From an uncultured Verrucomicrobiae bacterium (GTDB taxonomy: Bacteria > Verrucomicrobiota > Verrucomicrobiia > Chthoniobacterales > Chthoniobacteraceae): DNA of 64,000 nucleotides. A model generated the notes under the pieces. It saw nothing but the letters and a program-made list of their open reading frames with translations, was not told the origin of the DNA and did not search any database. The stretch spans positions 32,001-96,000 of the forward strand of contig CAVYKI010000010.1 in the NCBI GenBank assembly GCA_963769025.1, read 5' to 3'. The first letter of the stretch is position 1, and each line of letters opens with the position of its first letter. Positions 29,491-38,528 of this stretch are shown piece by piece. The position numbers and the translations under genes are program-made.

Positions 29491-29583
29491 GGCCTGGGTT
29501 TGGTTTGGGGTTGTGATTTCCGGGAGGAAACGTCCGCAATGCTTGAGCCGCCCCGGCGCGTTGGCAAGCCGCGGATTGCGACG

Positions 29584-29931
29584 CTATTTTCCCAGCGGCG
29601 TCTTCAAGATCTCCGCGCCGTCCGCACTCACCGTGAGCGTGCCGGCGATGGCGATGACCTCGAATTTCTTCGCGCCCGCCGGCACCTTCGCGCTCTCTTT
29701 CGTGTCCAGGAGCACGCGCTGCTTATCGATGATGATTTCGTGGCCCGTCATCTTCACGGTGAACTGATCCTCCCCGGGTCCCACCCACGCCCCGCCTTCG
29801 ACGCGAACGTGAATGTGCCGGTCGCCGCTGGTGGCCTGGATGTCGGAAATGCCGGGTGGCTTCGGTTTGCACCCCGCCGCGAGCAAAACGCCGCAGGCGA
29901 GGAGTAATGTGATGATGTGTTTCATTTTCAT
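29584..29931 (-). CDS. Hypothetical lipoprotein
   Basis: MKMKHIITLLLACGVLLAAG-C lipobox, small all-beta body. Confidence 0.7.
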   Translation of the reverse strand: MKMKHIITLLLACGVLLAAGCKPKPPGISDIQATSGDRHIHVRVEGGAWVGPGEDQFTVKMTGHEIIIDKQRVLLDTKESAKVPAGAKKFEVIAIAGTLTVSADGAEILKTPLGK

Positions 29932-29963
29932 GGGTTGGATGCATGGGAATGGTCGCGGCAGCT

Positions 29964-30335
29964 TCAGCCGCCTGCTTCGCGGGCCATCCTCATCGTCTCC
30001 AGCATTTCGGTGATTTCGCCGGGGGATTGCCACTGCAAAGTAAATGGAACCGTGTCCGCGGGAAACCAGCGCACCAGTTCCGCGGCCGCGATGAGGTCGT
30101 GCTCGCCCGCCAATGCAAACGCCCCGGCCATTCCGGGCGTGACCGGGTGCAAGGCCCCTGCCGGACACTGGATGATGTCACCCCCTTCCGCCGCGATAAT
30201 GGCCTGCCCCCCGTGATCCAACGCGACGACTTCGCCCTGTTTGCGAATCACGGTTCCTGTCTCGCCCGCACGATCCTGGTGGGTGATTTTGAAAACGATC
30301 AACGCGGTGCGGCAATCGAGGGAGTAACGGGTCAT
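29964..30335 (-). CDS. Hypothetical protein (may start at 30394 if one A is missing in the A-run near 30338)
   Basis: Open 123-aa frame with plausible codon use. Upstream mini-ORF MKTKPESLQGVENRETPLEK (30394-30332) overlaps its ATG. Confidence 0.45.
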   Translation of the reverse strand: MTRYSLDCRTALIVFKITHQDRAGETGTVIRKQGEVVALDHGGQAIIAAEGGDIIQCPAGALHPVTPGMAGAFALAGEHDLIAAAELVRWFPADTVPFTLQWQSPGEITEMLETMRMAREAGG

Positions 30336-30390
30336 TTTTCCAAAGGGGTTTCCCGATTTTCCACACCTTGGAGCGATTCGGGTTTGGTTT

Positions 30391-30804
30391 TCATGGCTTG
30401 GATTTCGTTGGTGCCTTCTTCCAGTCGGTGTGGGCGATGACGTAGGGCGGGCGGTGCGGGACGTGGTGTGTCCGGCAGTCGAATGCCTGATCGTAGTGGC
30501 GCTCCAGCTTTGCGCCGCGGGATTTCATCTCGATGAGCGCGCGCTCGGGCCACAGGAGGTCGGCGAATTTCTTGCCTCCCTTCGCCCGCGCGCGGTCGCC
30601 ATGGAGCGGTTCGAGCTGCGCGTAGCCGGGCTTTTTCGCGATGCGGAACTCGAAGGTCGCTCCAGCCTCGATGGCTCCGCCGTGACCGAGCGCGCGGAAG
30701 AGATGATCGAGAAACGTCTGCGCCTCGCTTTTCTCATCGCCATGAAGCGAGCGCGCAAAGGCGGCGAAATTTTCGGGGGAGGAACGAAGTTCAGCCGTGG
30801 CCAC
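30391..30804 (-). pseudogene. Truncated MmeI-like type IIL RM gene, nuclease N-terminus only (copy 2)
   Basis: LHGDEKSEAQTFLDHLFRALGH, ATFEFRI, PD-(D/E)xK-type FADLLWPERALIEMKSRG, HYDQAFD...RPPYVI. No methyltransferase or specificity domain follows. Confidence 0.75.
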
Positions 30805-30991
30805 GGGACGGAACGTGTCCGGGATGCGGGATGGTTGCAAGCCGCGGGTCCGTGCCTTGCAGGCGGACATGGCTCGGGCGCTCAGTCTGCAAGCGAGGCG
30901 AAGAGGTGCTGCTCTCGGCATCCACGTCGGCGGGACTGGCGACGGTCCCGGCGATCCCGGCGCGGGGAGTTGTCAGCCAGTCCGCCCGATT

Positions 30992-31884
30992 TCACCGCGT
31001 GACGACGAGCACGATGGCGGAGGTCATCAGCGCCGCGCCTGCGAGCCGCCAGCGGAGCACGGTCCCGCCGAGCTGCGCCTCGGTGTTGGAGAACCAGTGG
31101 CCGATGAGCCACACGGCGGCGACGCTCCACACGCCGCGCGCGCTATAGACGACATTCATCGCCGTGGCGTCGCCGAAGATCGCCACCCCGGAGACGAGCG
31201 CAAAGGCCTGGAGCGCCAGGAAGAGCGCGCCCGCCGCCAGCGATGGCATTGCGGCGCGCGGCAGCTCGCGCAGCGGCGCGCGGAAAAACGGGACGAACGC
31301 GAGCGACATCGCCGCGGAGAGCGCGAACATGATCGGCAGGAAGCGTCCCGCGCCCCAGCGCGGGCGACCACTTTTGCACCAGCACGTCGAACATCGCGTA
31401 CGACGACGCGGCCACCATGGAGAAGCCGAGCGTCCGCCCGAGCCGCCGGTGTCCTCCGGATGCGCGGCTGCCGGGGGCGAGATTGAGCAGCGCGATCGCG
31501 GCGACGCTGAGCGCCGCCGCGCACCAGAGCTGCCACGGCAGGCGCGTGGCGAGCAGCAGCGTGGTGAACCACGCGACGAAAATCGTCTTCGCGCCGAGCA
31601 CGGGCGTCGCCACCGACACATCGCCGAGCGAGAGCGCGAGGATCGAGAAGACCTGCCCCGCGATGAAGAGCAGCGCCACGAGCGCCGGGCTGCCAGAGCT
31701 GCGTCCACGGCTGACCGGCCCCGCCCAGCGGGAGCAGCGCGGAAAAGACGACCGCGGCGGTGCAATTGGCGATGAACGTCGTGCGCATCACGCCTGCGCC
31801 GAGCTGTTGCGCGCGCTTCAGAAAGAGCGCAGCGGCGACGTAGAGCAGGCTCGCGATAAAGGGGAAAAGAAGATGCCACTTCAT
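30992..31884 (-). CDS. DMT/EamA family transporter (two probable sequencing frameshifts)
   Basis: About 10 TM helices across three ORFs, GDVSVATPVLGAKTIFVA and NVVYSARGVWSV motifs, +1 C near 31688 and 31358. Confidence 0.8.
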
Positions 31885-32012
31885 CGCTCGCCGGACTGGA
31901 GGATGACCACGCGCCGATGCCGGTGCAGATCGCCGGATTTGTCGGGGGAGGAACGAATGTCAGCCGGTGCCACGGGGCGAACGATGCGCAGTCTGCCCGG
32001 ACGCTGCAAGCA
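31881..32012 (-). repeat. Third copy of the MmeI-like promoter/leader element with a 30-aa mini-ORF
   Basis: Shares TCGGGGGAGGAACGAA exactly with copy 2. Encodes VAPADIRSSPDK versus VATAELRSSPEK/N. Mini-ORF 31973-31881 ends in ATGA overlap with the EamA gene. Confidence 0.65.
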
Positions 32013-32042
32013 CGCCGGTGCGAAGCGTCGTGGCGCGGTCGA

Positions 32043-32083
32043 GCGGGGGATTTGACCGCCCAAAATGCGGTCAAATCCCCCGC
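32043..32083. repeat. Perfect 17-bp inverted repeat over the stop codon of the PEP-CTERM protease gene
   Basis: GCGGGGGATTTGACCGC (32043-32059), 7-nt loop, GCGGTCAAATCCCCCGC (32067-32083). No U-tract. Confidence 0.7.
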
Positions 32084-33022
32084 CCCACCCTGCGCACCCG
32101 GCGCGCGGCGCACAGTCCGAGCAAGGCAAACCCGACGAAAACCGTGCCCGGCTCCGGGACAGCCACGAGAGTCAGCGACTGGCCGTCGGCCGCCATGATG
32201 GCGTTCATCTGATCGACGTAAGACGTGTAGGAGACGAACGCATCCACGCTCAGCGAAAGGCCGGAATCCACGCCGGAGTGCGTTCCGATCAAACCGTACA
32301 AGCCGTCCAGATACCCGAGCGTCGGGCTGCCGGAGTCGCCGCCCTCCAGCAGCGTTTCCCCGGCACCGGCGCCCTGGGTGTAGACCAGCCCGATGTTGGT
32401 TTTCGGACCGCCGAACGTGAACTCCGAGAAACCGTCCAGGCCGTTGGTCCCCATGCGCGCCGTGTGGCCGTAGTTGAAAAGCGACACGCCGTCATACTGG
32501 TCAAAGCTCGACGGCATCGAGATGTCGGTCGCGCCCATGTAGAAAATCGGCATCGGGGTGACCGCGGAAGGCAGCGCTGCGACGAGGCGGCCAATGGTCA
32601 GGTCCGAAGATTGCGCCCCGTCGCTGCCGAAGTATGTCAGCGTGTACGTGGAGGCGACCGTCGCCGAGTAGAGCGAATTGTCGGTGCCCGCGAACTGCAA
32701 CGTGGCTGCCGATCCCGGGAAAGAAGTGCGACGCGCCGACAAAGTACAGCGGACTGACGAGCGTGATGCTTTGCGTGGGGTTGGCGGTCACCCAGCCGAT
32801 GCCCGAGAGATCGAATGAAGCGCCGATGAAAGTCGGATTCGGCGCGGGCGCCCCGGGATACGTGCCGACCACGAAGCGATCGTAGATTCCGGTGACGTTG
32901 TCCGGCCCCTCGCCGTTGATGAGGATGGCCCGCGCGGACGGCACCGTCGTGCCCGCGCAGAGCGCCATGACCAGGAACGCGGCGAACCAGCGGCGGGAGC
33001 GGATCGAGGTGCGGGGGAGCAT
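32071..33022 (-). CDS. PEP-CTERM-anchored trypsin-like serine protease (one probable sequencing frameshift near 32715)
   Basis: Signal peptide, LVSPLYFVGASHF (His), SDLTIGRL (Asp), GGDSGSP (Ser), C-terminal VPEPGTVFVGFALLGLCAARRVRR. Confidence 0.82.
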
Positions 33023-33233
33023 CGCCCACTCATAACCGGGTTCTGAGCGTTCGCTACAAACGAAATGCCGTTCGCGACTCAGCATGGCCGACAGGGATCG
33101 CGACCGTTGACGTTTCAGCATCTCGTAGTGCCCGCAGCCGCGTTTGCCCAACCACAATTCCGTCACGCTTCTGTCGTCGAAAGCGCCGCTGGACGCTTGC
33201 GCAAATTTCCCGGAATCGGCAGGACGGAACGCG

Positions 33234-34313
33234 ATGCCCCGGCACTCACAGACCCTCGAAGCTTCGCCGCCCGCGCGCGGCCCCGGCTGGCGTGGGATCG
33301 CGGTGATGCTCGCCATCGTGCTGCTCGTCCCGGCGCTCATCGGGCAGGGAAATCTCACCAAGCGCCGGTTCGACACCGGCCCGACGGAGCGCCTCGCGAA
33401 GTCCCGGCCCGCCGGCGTGTTGTTCGGCGACTCCATGCTCGGCTCGCGCATCGATGCCGACGTGCTCAGCCGCGCCGCCGGAGCCCCGTGGGAAGTCCTC
33501 GCGTATCCCGGCAGCGGCTCCGCCTCGTGGTTTCTCGCGCTGAAAAATCACGTCGCCGTGCAGCCGCAGCCGCCGCAGTGGGCCGTCATCCTTTTCCGCG
33601 ACCGGCAGCTCACACTGCCGGGCTACAGCACCGAAGGCCGCTCGCGTCCGCGGCTGGAGGCGCTCATGCGCGGGCCGGAACCGGAGCTCGATGCCGTGCT
33701 CGCCGCCGCCAGCCCGAGGAAGACGAACTGGATGGAGCGCTTCGCAAAGGCCGCGTATCCGCTCCAGAAGCACCGCCTGGAGTGGCAGGAAAAAATCCGC
33801 GGCACCGCGCTCGACATCGCGGCACGCGGCGGGCCCGTCGAGCCAATCGCCATCGACGCGCTTCGCACGTTCGACGTCACTCGCCTGCGCTCGGACATGG
33901 GTGCCTTCGCGGATAACGATCAGAACGTCAGTTTTGCCCTCGATCCCGAGGGCCACGAGTTCCCCACGGCCGTCGGCAAGTCGCTTCTCCCGCACATCGT
34001 CGGACTCGCGCGCAGCCGCGGCATCCGGCTGCTTTTTTACCGCGTGAAACACCGCCCGCCGTCCGAAGGCGCGACCGTGCCCGACTCCCCCGGCCTGCAG
34101 GCATACCTGCGCGACCTCGGCGCGTGGCTCGCAAAAAACGGCGCGCTTTTCATCGACGAGAAGGAAGACAACGCAGTCGGCATCTCGTACTACGGCGGCG
34201 ATGACCACGTGCGTGCGGCGATGATGGCTCCCTACACGGAGCACTTCTGGTCGAAGGTGGGCCCGCTGCTGCGTGAGGCCGGCGCGGGCGCCGCAGGAGG
34301 AAAGGCGAAGTGA
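33234..34313 (+). CDS. SGNH-like membrane-anchored protein (DltD/AlgJ/PatB-type partner of MBOAT)
   Basis: N-terminal TM, LFGDSM block I serine, C-terminal GDDH, coupled to the MBOAT gene by a GTGA overlap. Confidence 0.6.
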   Translation: MPRHSQTLEASPPARGPGWRGIAVMLAIVLLVPALIGQGNLTKRRFDTGPTERLAKSRPAGVLFGDSMLGSRIDADVLSRAAGAPWEVLAYPGSGSASWFLALKNHVAVQPQPPQWAVILFRDRQLTLPGYSTEGRSRPRLEALMRGPEPELDAVLAAASPRKTNWMERFAKAAYPLQKHRLEWQEKIRGTALDIAARGGPVEPIAIDALRTFDVTRLRSDMGAFADNDQNVSFALDPEGHEFPTAVGKSLLPHIVGLARSRGIRLLFYRVKHRPPSEGATVPDSPGLQAYLRDLGAWLAKNGALFIDEKEDNAVGISYYGGDDHVRAAMMAPYTEHFWSKVGPLLREAGAGAAGGKAK

Positions 34314-35731
34314 GCTTCCACAGCCTCGAATTCGTCGTCTTCCTCACCGCCATCCTCGGCGTGTACTGGTCGCTGCCCAAGTCGCAGCGGAACCTCTTCC
34401 TCGTTCCCGCGAGCGTGTTTTTCTACGGCTTCCGCCACACGTGGTTTCTCATTCCCTTCGCCGTCACGACCATCGTGGACTACGTCATCGCGCTGTCCAT
34501 CGAGCGGAATCGCGATCACGGACGACGGCTCGTCGCTATCAGCGTCACATCAAATCTCGCGCTGCTTTGCTCGTTCAAATACTTCAACTTTTTCACCGAG
34601 AATGTCGCCGCACTTTTCGAGTGGCTGCATGTCCCGGTGAGCATGCCGGTGCTCAATGTCGTCCTGCCGGCGGGCATTTCCTTCTACACATTCCAGAGCA
34701 TCGGCTACGTCATCGACGTCTATCGCGGCGACGTGCGCGCGTGCCGGAATTTCCGCGACTACGCGCTCTTCGTGGCCTTCTTTCCCCAGCTCGTCGCCGG
34801 GCCGATCCAGCGCGCCGGGGAATTCATCGGCCAGATCCAGCGCGACCGCGGCCCGATCTCCCCGGCAATCGCCGCAGCCGCGTTCTCGCTGCTGATGTGG
34901 GGCTTTTTCAAAAAGCTCGTCATCGCCGACAACGTCGCCGTCACCGCCAACAAGGTCTTCGCGCTGCAGGCTCCCTCGTTTCCAGTGCTGTGGGCGGGAG
35001 CGTTCGCATTTTACATCCAGATCTACGCCGACTTCTCCGCGTACACGGACATCGCGCGCGCGGTCGCGCGGCTCCTCGGCTTCGAGCTGCGGGAAAATTT
35101 CAACCATCCCTACATCGCGCAATCGCCGTCCGACTTCTGGCGGCGCTGGCACATCTCGCTCTCCACGTGGATTCGCGACTACCTCTTCATCCCGCTCGGC
35201 GGCTCGCGCGGCAGCGCCGCGAAGAACGTGCGGAATCTCATCATCATCTTCTTCCTCACCGGCCTCTGGCACGGCGCGTCGTGGAATTTCATCCTGTGGG
35301 GCCTCTACTACGCCGTGCTCATGATCGTGTACCGCTTCGCCGCGATGACCGTGCCCGCGCGCATCAGCGGGATGCCCGGCGCGGCGGTGTTCCGCGTGGC
35401 CGTCATGTTCGTCCTCACCAATGTCGGCTGGCTCATCTTCCGCGAACACAGCATCGCCCAGATCGCGCGCGACCTCACCACCTCGCCCTTCGCCGCCAGC
35501 GCGAGCGAATGGAACGTCGGCATCTACCTCGTTGCGATGACCGCGCTCTACGCCATCCCGCTTGCGATCCACCTCGCGTGGGATCTGAAGATCCGCACCG
35601 CCGTCCTGCGCCGCGAATGGTCCCCCATAGCCGAAATCGCCGGCCGCACATTCGTCGCCACCGTCCTCCTCACGCTCATCATCCTGCTCAGCAGCGGCGA
35701 AGTGCGCGACTTCATCTACTTCCAGTTCTGA
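34310..35731 (+). CDS. MBOAT family O-acyltransferase (AlgI/DltB/PatA-like)
   Basis: FKYFNFF, LPAGISFYTFQ, FFPQLVAGPI, QIYADFS.YTDIA, FWRRWHISLSTW, GLWHGA, FIYFQF. Confidence 0.95.
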   Translation: MSFHSLEFVVFLTAILGVYWSLPKSQRNLFLVPASVFFYGFRHTWFLIPFAVTTIVDYVIALSIERNRDHGRRLVAISVTSNLALLCSFKYFNFFTENVAALFEWLHVPVSMPVLNVVLPAGISFYTFQSIGYVIDVYRGDVRACRNFRDYALFVAFFPQLVAGPIQRAGEFIGQIQRDRGPISPAIAAAAFSLLMWGFFKKLVIADNVAVTANKVFALQAPSFPVLWAGAFAFYIQIYADFSAYTDIARAVARLLGFELRENFNHPYIAQSPSDFWRRWHISLSTWIRDYLFIPLGGSRGSAAKNVRNLIIIFFLTGLWHGASWNFILWGLYYAVLMIVYRFAAMTVPARISGMPGAAVFRVAVMFVLTNVGWLIFREHSIAQIARDLTTSPFAASASEWNVGIYLVAMTALYAIPLAIHLAWDLKIRTAVLRREWSPIAEIAGRTFVATVLLTLIILLSSGEVRDFIYFQF

Positions 35732-36468
35732 GGAAGGCCCGCGTCGCGCGACGCTCGGACCGCACGCCTCACCGGACGCCGTCTAACACAAAATGGCGCG
35801 GGCACGAATGCCGAAGCACTCAACCCTTCGCTCGATTTCCATTCACCCGTTCCGTCGCGACAATCTCCAGTGCCGCCGCCAGCCACGCGCTCGATTCCTC
35901 GGGTGGTCCCGACGCTCCGGGAGCCTGCGCGCGGCTCGGTCGCGGGTGTCGCGGGACGCGAATTTCTCCGCCGCAATTCCGTCACCTCCTGCCGGAGAGT
36001 GGCGAGCTGGACGGTCAGCTCCGCGATCTGGCGATCCCGTTCGTCAAACTGCAGCGGCTTCGGCGCCCTCTCGGCGGCGAGCTCCGCGAGGACCCGGTTG
36101 AGTTCGCTTCGCAGCGCGTCGCGCTCCGCAGTCGCACGCGCGAGCATGGTGTCCATCACCGGCGAGCGGAGCACCTTGTTCGCCAGGGTGTGCCGCTCCT
36201 TGCGCATGGCGACGATGCCGTCCTGCATGTGCCCGAGATGAGTCCTCGATTGTTCGAGCAGGAACTTCAGGTGCATCAGCTCCTTGGATTTCCCGGCCAG
36301 TTGATTTTCCAAGGTCGCCGCGAGTTCCTTCGCCTGCCGCAAATCCTCCTGGACCGCGTCGTGATCGTCCTGCAGCGCGATGCTCAGGCTTCGATCGATT
36401 AACTGGGCATCGGCAGCAGGAGATTTTCCATCAGGCTGCTGCGGAGAAGAATTCGTGGGCTGATTCAT
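35716..36468 (-). CDS. Hypothetical coiled-coil protein (true stop possibly 35820 via a frameshift)
   Basis: Heptad-rich helical sequence. The alternative frame PPEESSAWLAAALEIVATERVNGNRAKG* looks more natural than the ORF-track tail that overlaps the MBOAT gene. Confidence 0.6.
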   Translation of the reverse strand: MNQPTNSSPQQPDGKSPAADAQLIDRSLSIALQDDHDAVQEDLRQAKELAATLENQLAGKSKELMHLKFLLEQSRTHLGHMQDGIVAMRKERHTLANKVLRSPVMDTMLARATAERDALRSELNRVLAELAAERAPKPLQFDERDRQIAELTVQLATLRQEVTELRRRNSRPATPATEPRAGSRSVGTTRGIERVAGGGTGDCRDGTGEWKSSEGLSASAFVPAPFCVRRRPVRRAVRASRDAGLPQNWK

Positions 36469-36654
36469 GGCGTGTGCGGGTTTCGGGTCACTGGGGCTCT
36501 CAGAAATGGAAAAGCAATCAGCATGCCCAGACCATGCCGGTCCGTTGAAAGCCTGCTCCAGCCGTGGTTCCGAGCCACCCGTCGGAGGTTCCGCGCCGTG
36601 TCCTGCGCGACGTGGACACCGGGCCAGCCGGGCACGCCAGTCACGCGCCTGCGT

Positions 36655-37140
36655 TCACGCCATTCCGGCTGCCCGTCCGAGCTTCGGGAAAAACTCCTCC
36701 GCCACCATGTATCCCACGCATGTCGCCGCGCCGCACAGGCAAGGGTGCTCCTCGTAGTTCTCCAGGTCGTAGCTGTAGTTGAAGGTGATTTCCTCACCCG
36801 GCCCGATGTCGCGGAGCGCCATGATCCAGATCTGGTCGCCAAATATTTCCGCCTCCGCGTTCGGCTCGCAACTGTGGTTCAGGAACCTCGCCGGATTCCA
36901 CTCCACATTCCCGTCCACATCGCACTCGTCATCCAAGCTGAAGATGAAGGGGTTGTCCGCCGCGATGCGCTTCGCCGCCTCCGCCTTGGTGATTTTCTCG
37001 CCGACGTACTCGATGAGCGCCGTGCCCTTCCGGATCCTGCCCCGGGCAAACCCGCCCATCCCGTGAATTCCCGAATCCCTGAACTCGATCCGCTCTTTCG
37101 TTTGTGCGGGGGGCTTCCCCGCTGATGTCTTCCTGGCCAT
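36655..37140 (-). CDS. SET-domain protein-lysine methyltransferase with post-SET
   Basis: SGIHGMGGFA, IEYVGEKI, ARFLNHSCEPN, GEEITFNY, CLCGAATCVG. Confidence 0.92.
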   Translation of the reverse strand: MARKTSAGKPPAQTKERIEFRDSGIHGMGGFARGRIRKGTALIEYVGEKITKAEAAKRIAADNPFIFSLDDECDVDGNVEWNPARFLNHSCEPNAEAEIFGDQIWIMALRDIGPGEEITFNYSYDLENYEEHPCLCGAATCVGYMVAEEFFPKLGRAAGMA

Positions 37141-37217
37141 AGGTCTTGGTCTGCAATGCTCGCGCGTTTCGCGCCCCTGCGCTATGCCCGGAACCCGCCG
37201 CAGCGTCAACGCGTTCA

Positions 37218-38363
37218 TCAACGGAGTCCGCCGCCTTCGCGCGCATCCCAATCCAAAACCTTGAACGTGAGACCCAATTCGCGTTCGAGTTCAGCGATGT
37301 CGCGGCGCTCGTTCGGTTCGATGAGGCAAATCGAGAAGCCCTTCTTGCCGGCTCTCGCGGTGCGTCCGGCGCGATGGGTGTAGTATTGCAGATTCTCGGG
37401 CAACTGACGGTGGATCACGAAGGACAACCCTTCCACGTCGATGCCCCGCGCGGCGACGTCGGTCGCGACCAGGAAGCGGGTGCGTTCCTTTTTGAAAGCC
37501 CGCATCACCTTGTCCCGATCCTTCTGGCTCAGGTCGCCCTGCAGCACGTCGAGCGGGATTCCGCGCTTGTTCAGCTCTTTGCCCAAGACAACCGCCCCGG
37601 CGCGCGTGCGGCAGAAAATCATCCCGCGCTCCGTCCTTTGCGCCAGCAGAAAGTCCGCGATCCAGTCGTCCTTGTCGTCGCGCTGGCAGATCACATAGCG
37701 GTGCGAGATGTTGCGGTTCACGACCTGCGCCTTCGCGACCTTGATGACCCTCGGGTCAGGCGGCATGCAGTCCGCGATGAGTCGCTGGATCTTCTCGGGA
37801 AACGTCGCCGAAAACAGCCACGTGCTGCGTCGGGATGACGTCAGCTCGGCAACCCGGACGACCTCGTTGCGGAACCCCATGCTCAGCATTTCGTCCGCTT
37901 CGTCGAGCACGAGATGCTTCACGGTGTCGAGCTTGAGAGCGCCGAGTTTCAGCAAATCAAAGAGCCGGCCCGGCGTCGCCACGACGATGTGCGTCGGGCG
38001 TTGCAGTCGCTGGACTTGCACGTCGATTTTGTCGCCGCCACCGGTGACTTCGACGAAGATCTTCTTCTGCGAAAACTTGGTGTATTGAAACAGGTGCTTG
38101 CCGATTTGTTTGGCGAGTTCACGCGTCGGAGAGAGGACGAGGCCCTGCAAGGTCGGGTCGTCGGGATTGATCTTCGTGAGCAGCGGCAGGCCAAACGCCG
38201 CCGTCTTGCCGGTCCCGGTCTGCGCCTGCGCGACGAGGTTCCCGCCGTCCTGGATGAGGAAGGGAATGGCGTTTTCCTGAATGGGGGTGGGAGTGGAGAT
38301 GCCGAGCGCGTCGAGACCAAGAACCAGATCCGCCGGAACGCCGAGTTTTGAAAAGTGTGACAT
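37218..38363 (-). CDS. DEAD-box RNA helicase (core only)
   Basis: Q motif PTPIQ, AQTGTGKT, PTRELA, TPGRL, DEAD, SAT, ARGID, HRAGRTAR. Confidence 0.95.
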   Translation of the reverse strand: MSHFSKLGVPADLVLGLDALGISTPTPIQENAIPFLIQDGGNLVAQAQTGTGKTAAFGLPLLTKINPDDPTLQGLVLSPTRELAKQIGKHLFQYTKFSQKKIFVEVTGGGDKIDVQVQRLQRPTHIVVATPGRLFDLLKLGALKLDTVKHLVLDEADEMLSMGFRNEVVRVAELTSSRRSTWLFSATFPEKIQRLIADCMPPDPRVIKVAKAQVVNRNISHRYVICQRDDKDDWIADFLLAQRTERGMIFCRTRAGAVVLGKELNKRGIPLDVLQGDLSQKDRDKVMRAFKKERTRFLVATDVAARGIDVEGLSFVIHRQLPENLQYYTHRAGRTARAGKKGFSICLIEPNERRDIAELERELGLTFKVLDWDAREGGGLR

Positions 38364-38528
38364 TGTTTAGGAAAGGTTTTTCCGGACGGCGAATCGCCTC
38401 CGGCAGCAAAGAACCTCGCACAGTGCATGCGCCTGCTCGATTGACGAGAAGCGAATCACAAATGGGAGCTGCTGCCGAGCTTCGCGTTGGCAATGCCTCG
38501 CGCTGAGCCATAGCGTGGGCCTCACTTC

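Noticed and set aside
29515..29580. Fourth copy of the RM-leader element
   Set aside because: Only short matches (TTTCCGGGAGGAAACG, GCAAGCCGCGG) with different spacing and no leader ORF; more likely an ordinary promoter.
26921..32012. Integron attC cassette array
   Set aside because: The repeats lack RYYYAAC/GTTRRRY ends and internal palindromy, passengers lie on both strands, and no intI is present.
28738..37140. SET writer plus Tudor reader as one chromatin-like system
   Set aside because: The genes are 7 kb apart and not co-transcribed. The Tudor-like protein has a signal peptide while the SET protein is cytoplasmic.
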